DNA of 16,505 bases from a virus: UHGV virus genome UHGV-0075529. The stretch is one strand, 5' to 3'. Made by a program: the position numbers and the translations under genes. A model generated the notes under the pieces. The model made no database searches. It was not told the DNA's origin and worked only from the letters and a program-made list of their open reading frames with translations. Below are positions 1 to 6,985 of this stretch, piece by piece (position 1 is the stretch's first letter; every line of letters begins with the position of its first letter).

Positions 1-20
1 AATTCAGTAAGCAGAAAGTC

Positions 21-44
21 AAAAGCCTCCGACCGGAGGCTTTT
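21..44. terminator. Bidirectional intrinsic terminator shared by yciA and the upstream convergent gene (tonB side)
   Basis: Stem GCCTCC (25-30) / GGAGGC (35-40), loop GACC, flanked by AAAA (21-24) and TTTT (41-44), so it reads as hairpin plus U-run on both strands; lies 5 nt past the yciA stop. Confidence 0.75.
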
Positions 45-49
45 GACTA

Positions 50-448
50 TTACTCAACAGGTAAGGCGCGAGGTTTTCCTTCAGGATCAACCGCGACATA
101 CTTAAATAATGCTTCTGTCGCTTTATACCGTTGCCCGATTGGTTCAGACGCTACTTTTTTCACCCACACTTCAATATTAATGCTGACCGATGTCGTCCCT
201 TTCTGGACACAGCGTGCATAGCAGCACACCACATCGCCGACCGCAACCGGCCGTAAGAAAGTCATTCCTTCAACCCGCACAGTCACTACGCGACCGTGGG
301 CAATTTCTTTTGCCAGAATAGCGCCGCCAATATCCATTTGTGACATTAACCAACCACCAAAGATGTCACCATTGGCATTGGTATCGGCGGGCATGGCTAA
401 AGTACGTAAAACAAGATCGCCCTGAGGGACGTTATGTGTTGTAGACAT
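50..448 (-). CDS. yciA: Acyl-CoA thioester hydrolase YciA (hotdog fold)
   Basis: 132-aa ORF recognised as enterobacterial YciA from the full sequence (MSTTHNVPQGDLVLRTLAMPADTNANGDIFGGW...); chromosomal, not phage. Confidence 0.9.
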   Translation of the reverse strand: MSTTHNVPQGDLVLRTLAMPADTNANGDIFGGWLMSQMDIGGAILAKEIAHGRVVTVRVEGMTFLRPVAVGDVVCCYARCVQKGTTSVSINIEVWVKKVASEPIGQRYKATEALFKYVAVDPEGKPRALPVE

Positions 449-580
449 GGTAAAACCGACTTAAAAGGAAAATCACAGGCGCGATGCTACTATGATTTTC
501 CTGAGGAGAACAGAGGAGATACAGCGCCAGCCCCGAAGGACTGGCAGTCTGGTTAGGATTTATCTTCCTGAGGCATAATA

Positions 581-750
581 CTTTAACGAGTTCTGCTTTA
601 TCGTGTTTTATTGCGTTTAAAATTATTCCCGCCCAAACCGCGCCGTTACTCACTTCATTGTTTATAACGCTTTAACGTGTTTTATTTTGTATGGTTGCAA
701 TTTACGTGTTTTGTGTACACTGCTGAGTACATGGCTCAGGGGTGTACACG
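581..750. repeat. Repeat-rich junction upstream of int (candidate attL arm sites and int promoter region)
   Basis: CGTGTTTT at 602, 676 and 705; CTTTAACG at 581 and 671; 8-bp palindrome GTGTACAC at 713-720 and again at 742-749, just before the int start. Confidence 0.3.
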
Positions 751-1932
751 ATGCTCACAGATACAAAACTTCGCAAGGCGCTTGGGAAGCGCAGAGAGAG
801 TGTGGAAGTTCTCTCAGATTCAAACGGGCTTAACGTGAGGTTAAGCATAACTGGTGGCGTAACTTTCTTCTACCGTTATCGCTGGCAGGGTAAGCCGGTG
901 CAGCTCAGCATAGGTGAATACCCAGCCTACTCATTAGCGCAGGCCAGAGACCGCAGGCAGCAGTTTCGCGCCTGGCTGAGTGAGGGTTACGATCCACGCC
1001 AGAAGGTTCTGGTTGAGAAAGCGGAAAGGATAGAGGCGCTGACGGTTGACCAGGCGTATGAGTACTGGGTAAAGCATTACTGCATTCCCGAGGGTCTGAT
1101 AAAAATCGATGCCAATACCAGGAGCTTTCAGAAGCACATTAGCCCGCGCATTGGCAGGGCGATGGTTGATCAGACAGTCAAGGCTAACTGGCTTGATGTG
1201 TTCGACGAGATGGGGCGTTCGGTTATTACTGGTGAGATGCTGTCATTAATGAAGCGCGCGTTCCGGTTCTGCCATAACCGAGGGGTGATTAAAAACAACC
1301 CGCTTGAATCCTTGCGCAGATCAGACGTTGGTATTGCAGCGAAGATGAAGGAGAGGCGACTCTCCGACGAAGAGATCAAAGTGGTTTGGGATACACTTTT
1401 CGCGCTCCCTCCATCACAGCAGCTTGTTATACGGTTCATGCTCCTGACTGGGTGCAGGGCTGCAGAAATAAGGAAATCGCGCTGGGACTGGTACAACTTT
1501 AATGAAAAGACCTGGACGGTACCGGCTGAGGATTACAAAACAGGGAAGACGATCAGGAGGGCATTGCCTGAAGTGGCGATCAGGCTACTTCAGGAGCATA
1601 AAAGAGGTTCGGTCACTAAGCACGTTTTAACACCGGCTCAGTTCCGAGATAAAGAAGACATTCCACCTACTCAGGCTCTGGTATCGACCTATTCCATGCA
1701 GGTGATCAGAAAGACAGACATGAAACAGTGGTCTCTGCATGACCTGAGACGCACCGTGGCTACCAGGCTGTCAGAACTTGGCGCGCCACCGCATGTTATT
1801 GAAAAGCTACTCGGTCATCAGATGGGTGGGGTGATGGCCAGATACAACCTGCACGACTATATGGATGATCAGCGCGAGTGGTTGGGTATCTGGCAGAATC
1901 ACCTGCAGAGCATTATTGGGTATCAGCTTTAG
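751..1932 (+). CDS. int: Tyrosine site-specific integrase (P4-like, N-terminal arm-binding domain)
   Basis: C-terminal catalytic motifs HDLRRT, LLGHQ and tyrosine in VMARYNLHDY; N-terminus MLTDTKLRKA typical of this family. The ORF track starts at GTG 742; first in-frame ATG is 751. Confidence 0.88.
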   Translation: MLTDTKLRKALGKRRESVEVLSDSNGLNVRLSITGGVTFFYRYRWQGKPVQLSIGEYPAYSLAQARDRRQQFRAWLSEGYDPRQKVLVEKAERIEALTVDQAYEYWVKHYCIPEGLIKIDANTRSFQKHISPRIGRAMVDQTVKANWLDVFDEMGRSVITGEMLSLMKRAFRFCHNRGVIKNNPLESLRRSDVGIAAKMKERRLSDEEIKVVWDTLFALPPSQQLVIRFMLLTGCRAAEIRKSRWDWYNFNEKTWTVPAEDYKTGKTIRRALPEVAIRLLQEHKRGSVTKHVLTPAQFRDKEDIPPTQALVSTYSMQVIRKTDMKQWSLHDLRRTVATRLSELGAPPHVIEKLLGHQMGGVMARYNLHDYMDDQREWLGIWQNHLQSIIGYQL

Positions 1933-2128
1933 AGGCGTTGACCTGCATTTCCCACGAAACGATCTCCGACTCTCTCCAGCGTTTTGGGTTGCCGGGGATT
2001 GTTGGTTTGGGGAAAGGGCAGGTGAAGCCAGCAGGCATTCGCTCCGGGGTGCTCCAGAAATACAGAGTGCTCCGGGAAATCTTATAGCGAGCCAGTACGT
2101 CACTGGTAAGCAGGATACTGTCATTCAT
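1913..2128 (-). CDS. AlpA-family DNA-binding protein (excisionase / prophage regulator)
   Basis: 71-aa ORF with the AlpA signature ...ISRSTLYFW...FPKPTIPG..KRWRESEIVSWE; SD GGAGA 6 nt upstream of ATG 2128; 3' end overlaps the int 3' end convergently by 20 nt. Confidence 0.65.
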   Translation of the reverse strand: MNDSILLTSDVLARYKISRSTLYFWSTPERMPAGFTCPFPKPTIPGNPKRWRESEIVSWEMQVNASKADTQ

Positions 2129-2141
2129 AGCTGTCTCCAGG

Positions 2142-2169
2142 CAAAAAGAAGCCCTCGCAATGGAGGGCT
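2142..2169 (-). terminator. Intrinsic terminator (minus strand) ending the long leftward operon, just upstream of the AlpA-like gene
   Basis: Stem AGCCCTC (2150-2156) / GAGGGCT (2163-2169), loop GCAATG, then a T-run on the minus strand (A-run 2143-2147 on plus). Confidence 0.6.
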
Positions 2170-2237
2170 GAAAGGGGGATAACGTGGCAGTGCATTAGCA
2201 CCCAATAGCCGACTCATTGAATCAGCTATCAGTTGCG

Positions 2238-2423
2238 TCATGACCGGTTGCGAATTTTATCCAGCCAATCAGGGTCCGGCCCCGCCGCATCACATACTTC
2301 AGGCTCTTCGAGAGCGTCACGAAATGCAGCTGCGACAATCTTCCCGCCCATAAACTCAAGCCCCGCACTGACTGGCGGCTCCTTGCCGTCTTCATACTCA
2401 AATACGAAAGTCATCTTTCCCAT
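2238..2423 (-). CDS. Hypothetical phage protein, 61 aa
   Basis: ORF with strong SD (GAGGAGAG) upstream of ATG 2423; last gene of the leftward operon before the terminator. Confidence 0.5.
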   Translation of the reverse strand: MGKMTFVFEYEDGKEPPVSAGLEFMGGKIVAAAFRDALEEPEVCDAAGPDPDWLDKIRNRS

Positions 2424-2432
2424 AATCTCTCC

Positions 2433-2672
2433 TCAATGCATCTGCATGGCTCTCAGCCGTTTAATGTGCTCGCTCGTCTCCAGTTCGGCGCGGATCTGCT
2501 CCGCCTCCCGGTGGTCAAGCGGTTCGAAATCGTTATTAAGGCGGTAGATTGATGCGTAACCAATCCTGCCATTTCTTCTGTAGCGCACGACATCATTCCT
2601 GACCCCTTCAATGATGACGGGCCACCCATGACGATCAGCGAATATCTGGCCGCGCTGGATTAGCTTGAACAT
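2433..2672 (-). CDS. Hypothetical phage protein, 79 aa
   Basis: ORF in operon context; start overlaps the upstream gene end by 38 nt, so the true start is uncertain. Confidence 0.5.
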   Translation of the reverse strand: MFKLIQRGQIFADRHGWPVIIEGVRNDVVRYRRNGRIGYASIYRLNNDFEPLDHREAEQIRAELETSEHIKRLRAMQMH

Positions 2673-3000
2673 TGGCTGACTCCTGCAAAATGAGGTAGAC
2701 GATTGCCACAGCGCGAAGCGGGTTCCGGTGAGTGGCGCTGATGCCAGATTCGTGCGATGCCTGCCAGACGGACTTGCCTGACGGAGCGAGCCCGATTCGA
2801 TGCTTCTTCATTGCCGGGTAAAGCTCTTCGGCGCGCCGCAGCGGGAAATAACCAGTGTTCTGTACCGTGTTAAACCAATTCCACGACAAATTGGCGCCGG
2901 AATTCTCGTGTGGATGAATGGTGGCGCTGTACTTTGGCTTTAGGAAATAGGCCAGCCTGACGCTAATCTCCCCATCACTCAGCTTGCTGTAATCCATCAC
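2635..3000 (-). CDS. Hypothetical phage protein, 121 aa
   Basis: ORF whose ATG (3000-2998) overlaps the stop of the upstream gene (ATGA junction). Confidence 0.55.
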   Translation of the reverse strand: MMDYSKLSDGEISVRLAYFLKPKYSATIHPHENSGANLSWNWFNTVQNTGYFPLRRAEELYPAMKKHRIGLAPSGKSVWQASHESGISATHRNPLRAVAIVYLILQESANVQANPARPDIR

Positions 3001-3221
3001 TTTTCATCCTCCAAATCATCCACTGCATCCATCACGTCAGCCCCGCGAATCATCTCGAACGCCCGGCAAGCCATCTCAAAACACAGCCGCTCATGTGGGT
3101 GGGGAGACTTCCAGTATTCGAACCCATCGCGATGCGAATAGCCCTGCATCGCGTAAAACTCCCCGGCAAGCTCTATCGCGGCATCTACCAGTTCGCGGTT
3201 GGTCATCACCTTTCCCATCAC
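2997..3221 (-). CDS. Hypothetical phage protein, 74 aa
   Basis: ORF with ATGA overlap to the TraR-like gene stop. Confidence 0.55.
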   Translation of the reverse strand: MMGKVMTNRELVDAAIELAGEFYAMQGYSHRDGFEYWKSPHPHERLCFEMACRAFEMIRGADVMDAVDDLEDEK

Positions 3222-3436
3222 ATCCCCCTCTGCTTATTCCGAAATTCCATCTCACCCTGGCAATCAACGCACATCGTGCAGCCCGGATACGCTTTCCGGC
3301 GAGCCTCCGGCAGTGGCTCGCAACATTCCTCACAGTGCGTTGCCGATACCGCATCACGGTTAATCCGGTGAGCACTTAACGCAGCATTACGCTGCAACTC
3401 TTCGACGGCTGATGCGTCGTCTGCAAAATCTGCCAT
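3218..3436 (-). CDS. TraR/DksA-family C4 zinc-finger protein
   Basis: 72 aa with CEECCEPLPEARRKAYPGCTMCVDCQ (CxxC-N17-CxxC), the signature of TraR/DksA proteins; SD AGGGAG upstream. Confidence 0.75.
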   Translation of the reverse strand: MADFADDASAVEELQRNAALSAHRINRDAVSATHCEECCEPLPEARRKAYPGCTMCVDCQGEMEFRNKQRGM

Positions 3437-3490
3437 GGTCAGTGCTCCCTGAACTGTTCATTGATGCGGCTGACGGCAAACGCCAGCAAT

Positions 3491-3536
3491 AAAAAAGGCC
3501 GCATTAGCGACCCGGTGATTTGTGCTGTCATGCGGC
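3491..3536 (-). terminator. Possible weak intrinsic terminator or attenuator (minus strand) between the 203-aa gene and the TraR-like gene
   Basis: 7-bp stem GCCGCAT (3498-3504) / ATGCGGC (3530-3536) with a long ~25-nt loop, followed on the minus strand by TTTTTT (plus A-run 3491-3496); the stop of the 203-aa gene sits in the stem. Confidence 0.3.
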
Positions 3537-4139
3537 GCGACCCGCCATTATTTCGGCCTTCTGCTCATCATCAAGGATGTCGTCAGATATAATCGCCACA
3601 CGGTTGCTCGCTGCCCATGAGACAGGCTCACTTTCTCGGATCGCCTTGTTCAGTGCATCAGCGGCATCAAGAACTGCTTGCGGAAGTGAGTAACAATCAC
3701 CGCCATCAGGAATTATTTCTTCGCAATGCTGCTCAACGTCGAAATATGGCGGGTAATTTGGTTCGCAGATCATCAGTTGGAGTTCGCCTGGCAGCACTGA
3801 ATTGTCCAGGCAGTAGTCAGCCAGCGAATCAAGGTCAAAGAAATACTGATCGCCATCGAAGAGAACGAGTGGCTCGCCCGCCCAGACTGCCCGCTCCATC
3901 TCGGAAAACTTTGTCTGGCGACTTTCTCGGTGACATTCTTCGCAGTAACCATGGGGGCTATGGATTGGGTGCTCTTCTGGTTTGTTTTTGCACTTCTGGT
4001 GCGTCGCGCCACACCACCGGGCCATGCGCTCGTCATTGCCCCAGAAGCGCCCGCCACGGTCTACCCACCCGGTCAAAGTCTGGATGCTGGCTGCTTCATC
4101 GCTGTCCATCATTACAATCTTTTCAGTTTTCATGCTCAT
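3528..4139 (-). CDS. Hypothetical phage protein, 203 aa, Cys/His-rich centre and acidic C-terminus
   Basis: Long ORF with ATGA overlap to the upstream gene; motif WCGATHQKCKNKPEEHPIHSPHGYCEECH suggests metal binding; no family recognised. Confidence 0.65.
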   Translation of the reverse strand: MSMKTEKIVMMDSDEAASIQTLTGWVDRGGRFWGNDERMARWCGATHQKCKNKPEEHPIHSPHGYCEECHRESRQTKFSEMERAVWAGEPLVLFDGDQYFFDLDSLADYCLDNSVLPGELQLMICEPNYPPYFDVEQHCEEIIPDGGDCYSLPQAVLDAADALNKAIRESEPVSWAASNRVAIISDDILDDEQKAEIMAGRAA

Positions 4140-4363
4140 GACTCCACTCCGTAGCGCCCATTCAGGCGACCAATTTCGCTGTTAAATTTGATAAGGCTGA
4201 TGCCTAGAGGCTCGACGATTTGGTGATATTTTCGGAGGATAGGCGGGACGACTTTATTCCAGTTCGGCTTGGGCTTTGTGCGCATCGCCGCTTTCAGTTC
4301 GTCACTGCATCGCCGGGCCTGAGAGTGCAAAGCATTCTCCTGTTCGGTGGTCATTCGCTTCAT
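4136..4363 (-). CDS. Hypothetical phage protein, 75 aa
   Basis: ORF with ATGA overlaps at both ends (Dam stop and 203-aa start). Confidence 0.55.
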   Translation of the reverse strand: MKRMTTEQENALHSQARRCSDELKAAMRTKPKPNWNKVVPPILRKYHQIVEPLGISLIKFNSEIGRLNGRYGVES

Positions 4364-4911
4364 GCTGCCTCCCGCCGGGCGATAAGTTTCGCTCCGAAAG
4401 TCATTAATACGTCGCGCTCCACGAAATTGGACTCGCAGTGTGTCCGAGGGAATGGCCGCCAGATGAGCAACATACTCCCTTTATTATTTCCCGATACCGG
4501 CTTACCGGTGACCGGGTTGATGAATTCCAGCCGCCCGGCAGTGATGAATCGAACCTCGCTCGCCGTCTCGATAGCCTCACGGAACCAGCCGACGGAAGTA
4601 TCAGCCGGAACCAGCATGACGGTGCCGATCTGATTCTTGCTCTCCGCTGCGGCTTTCTTCACGAATGGCGTGATGTCGCTGTAAGGTGGGTTGAGCCACG
4701 CATAGCCTGGAATGGTGAGGTAATCGGCCCACGGAGTTTCCAGCGTATTCTGCTCTGCGGTGATGAACTTGCGGCAGAGCGCGTTATGCGGCGCTGCTGC
4801 GGCGTCCAGTTGAAAGCAGAACTCTGCATCCAGCGCGGCAAATAGAGCCGGTGGTGTGCGCCATAAATCACGCTGATCTGCTGGCGTGTTACTTCCGGTG
4901 TAATCGGTCAT
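4360..4911 (-). CDS. dam: Phage-type DNA N6-adenine methyltransferase (Dam family)
   Basis: 183 aa with the catalytic NPPY motif (AWLNPPYSD) and overall phage Dam architecture. Confidence 0.8.
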   Translation of the reverse strand: MTDYTGSNTPADQRDLWRTPPALFAALDAEFCFQLDAAAAPHNALCRKFITAEQNTLETPWADYLTIPGYAWLNPPYSDITPFVKKAAAESKNQIGTVMLVPADTSVGWFREAIETASEVRFITAGRLEFINPVTGKPVSGNNKGSMLLIWRPFPRTHCESNFVERDVLMTFGAKLIARREAA

Positions 4912-5066
4912 GCCGCCTCCCTCTTATTGTTTAGCTCTTCCGCCAAGCGCTGGGCCTTGAGTGGGTTCTGGATGACCATGCCGCCGGGAACCACCCACCC
5001 GCGGCGTAAGTTCGAATAGACGAGCGTCACCGATCCCACGCTGATGTTGTCGTGTGCATTTTTCAT
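4908..5066 (-). CDS. Small hypothetical protein, 52 aa (not in the ORF track)
   Basis: Hand translation of the minus strand gives [52 protein letters not shown]; ATG overlaps the exo stop and its TGA overlaps the dam ATG; SD GGAGAG 8 nt upstream. The listed 84-aa ORF here is in another frame. Confidence 0.45.
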   Translation of the reverse strand: MKNAHDNISVGSVTLVYSNLRRGWVVPGGMVIQNPLKAQRLAEELNNKREAA

Positions 5067-5743
5067 CGCCATTGCTCTCCGAAGGTGAAGCCAATCTCTG
5101 CCAGCGCCTCGTCCATCTTTTCGATGAACTCCGGCACCATCTCGTCGAAGTCGGCCATGTATTTTTCATCCCGCTCAACCACGACGTAATGCAGCCCCTC
5201 GCGCTTCATGCGAGGGTCGTAGTTGGCAAAGAACCAGGCTGGATTTTTGTTTACCCACATGCTGTATTGCACCTGGGCCATGTAGTCCGCTTTGATGGCA
5301 TCGAAGCCGCCGAGCCGGAACTTCATGAAGTCTCGGGAGGTGAACGGGCATTTCAGCTCGAGGCCAAATCCGTTACTGCACAGGCCGTCTGGTGAACAGG
5401 CGGTGCGCATGGTTTCATCGCGAAAGAGGATCGGTGATTCGATGACGCTCACTCCGGTCGTGAACTCAAACAGGGTGCGTGCGTCCTCTTCGTACTGCTT
5501 GCCCCAGGCAAGCGCCTTTGCATTCACCTCCGGCGCTACACCGGTGCATACCTCAGCGAGGAGGGTGTGGAAGTAGGACATCTTCATGCAAGTCCATTTG
5601 GTGCCGCTGCGCGGTTTTGAAATGACGTTATGAACCTCAGATGCGGTGATAACACCGAGGCGAAGTCGATGCCACTCCTCATCACCCTGTTCGATTCTGG
5701 TCACATCAATGCCGGTTCGCGCCAGGATGATTTCTGGTGTCAT
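5063..5743 (-). CDS. exo: Lambda-type 5'-3' exonuclease (Red-alpha / YqaJ family)
   Basis: 226 aa, near-collinear with lambda Exo as recalled ([14 protein letters not shown]..., [32 protein letters not shown]-terminal FGEQWR). Confidence 0.9.
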   Translation of the reverse strand: MTPEIILARTGIDVTRIEQGDEEWHRLRLGVITASEVHNVISKPRSGTKWTCMKMSYFHTLLAEVCTGVAPEVNAKALAWGKQYEEDARTLFEFTTGVSVIESPILFRDETMRTACSPDGLCSNGFGLELKCPFTSRDFMKFRLGGFDAIKADYMAQVQYSMWVNKNPAWFFANYDPRMKREGLHYVVVERDEKYMADFDEMVPEFIEKMDEALAEIGFTFGEQWR

Positions 5744-6669
5744 GCGGCAGCCCTCTGCTTGAGGAAACCAAGAGCCTTGACGGCCTCTATCTCAGTGAGA
5801 TCGCCAGACTCCAGAATGTCGCGCTTGAAGATACGGCGGCACAGAGGGAGAAGGTCCTCATCCCATGTTTTGTTCATGGCGATCAGGAGGTCGTTTATCT
5901 CTTTCAGCGTGTCGAGGCTGGCCGGGGTAATATCGCGCTCTGGCTGGCGCTCTGCAGCAAAGTTGATACCCTCCTCGCCCTCAGTGTTGACGTGGTCGAT
6001 AGCGGCATCCAGACGTTCGCGTCGCGGCCAGTATTTGGTTGCCTGCTTCACGACTGTCTTGAGGATCATCTGCTCTTCGTCCGTCACCCATGGACACTTC
6101 TTGCTGCTGTCCTGCTTGTACTTCTTCCAGGCTTCCGAACGGTCACGGATCGCGAAGATATCCGCTATGCGCATGGTATGGGTGAGATAGTCGCCGTCGT
6201 CAGTTTTAACCACGACATACGCCCCAACAATCTCACCGCGCTGCTCTGCGGTGTCGAAGTCGTTGTAGATGTGAATGGGTGGCTTATCTAGCCCCTCACG
6301 GCGGAACTGGTCGTTCTTCCGCACGATTGCAGACTGGCACCACTTAATTGCACCAGATTGCTGGGCGATGTGCATCAACCCCATGTAGCTAATATCGAGG
6401 CAGATAGCACCTTTTCGCGGCACAAGATAAGCAAGTTTCTGCGCCGGGTTCAGCGATATCCCGATTCCTGAAATATTCATCAGGGCGCTACGGGTGCTAG
6501 TCGGGTTGGAGAGAGCGATTTTCGCCAGGTAGTCATTGTTGGCGAAGATCTGCATGGCGAACTCAGATTCGCGCTTGAATTGAATGGACGGTTCGGCGCA
6601 AACCTGCTCGAACTCCGCCTTGAGTGGGTTAATCAGGTTGAATACCTGATCTGTAAGCAGGCCAGCCAT
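5740..6669 (-). CDS. recT: RecT-family single-strand annealing protein
   Basis: 309 aa directly upstream of exo with ATGA coupling; sequence pattern consistent with the RecT family; SD AGGAGGA upstream. Confidence 0.75.
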   Translation of the reverse strand: MAGLLTDQVFNLINPLKAEFEQVCAEPSIQFKRESEFAMQIFANNDYLAKIALSNPTSTRSALMNISGIGISLNPAQKLAYLVPRKGAICLDISYMGLMHIAQQSGAIKWCQSAIVRKNDQFRREGLDKPPIHIYNDFDTAEQRGEIVGAYVVVKTDDGDYLTHTMRIADIFAIRDRSEAWKKYKQDSSKKCPWVTDEEQMILKTVVKQATKYWPRRERLDAAIDHVNTEGEEGINFAAERQPERDITPASLDTLKEINDLLIAMNKTWDEDLLPLCRRIFKRDILESGDLTEIEAVKALGFLKQRAAA

Positions 6670-6693
6670 CAGCAGTCCTCCTGTTATTGAAAG

Positions 6694-6978
6694 TTAAAAC
6701 GGGCAGCCGGTGCGGTGTTCCCAGTCGTGCTCTGCCTGGGCGTAGGCCACTGCCGAAACGAAGTCGTTGTATGCCTCGGCAGCTTTATCGCTGCGAAGTC
6801 CTTCGTATGGGCTGGCGTCGATCGGCACGGAGAAGTGGAAGAGACCGGACGGCTCTTTTGGCATCATGTCGATGATTTCCTGCGCCCGGTCGTCGATCCA
6901 CTTCTCTTTCTCGTCGGTGAGCTGCTGCTCAGCCCAGCGTCGATCTTCGATGCGGTCGTAAGTGAGGAATGCGTTCAT
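6694..6978 (-). CDS. gam: Gam-like host-nuclease (RecBCD) inhibitor
   Basis: 94 aa; N-terminus MNAFLTYDRIEDRRWAEQQL resembles lambda GamS [22 protein letters not shown] as recalled; sits just upstream of the annealing protein as in lambda. Confidence 0.55.
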   Translation of the reverse strand: MNAFLTYDRIEDRRWAEQQLTDEKEKWIDDRAQEIIDMMPKEPSGLFHFSVPIDASPYEGLRSDKAAEAYNDFVSAVAYAQAEHDWEHRTGCPF

Positions 6979-6985
6979 GGTTGCC

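Noticed and set aside
432-653. 73-aa minus-strand ORF upstream of yciA
   Set aside because: Overlaps the yciA start, lies in the repeat-rich junction, and has no SD or recognisable protein features; more likely non-coding.
449-741. tRNA or tmRNA integration target adjacent to the integrase
   Set aside because: No cloverleaf-compatible sequence or T-loop motif (GGTTCGAATCC-like) visible; the flanking gene is yciA.
1807-2182. ORFs 1865-2182 (+), 1878-2087 (+) and 1807-2124 (-) beyond or across the int 3' end
   Set aside because: The same interval holds a minus-strand ORF in another frame with a clear AlpA-family signature and SD; these alternatives have no features and partly overlap int.
3093-4185. 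Plus-strand ORFs (3093-3371, 3095-3379, 3617-4141, 3930-4154, 3982-4185) and minus-strand 3773-4057
   Set aside because: All overlap well-supported minus-strand genes (TraR-like, 203-aa) in other frames with Arg/Ser/Pro-rich translations typical of off-frame reading of GC-rich coding DNA.
4924-5178. 84-aa minus-strand ORF between dam and exo
   Set aside because: Wrong frame: it runs into exo, has a Trp/Arg-rich translation, and the interval is exactly filled by the 52-aa ORF coupled at both ends.
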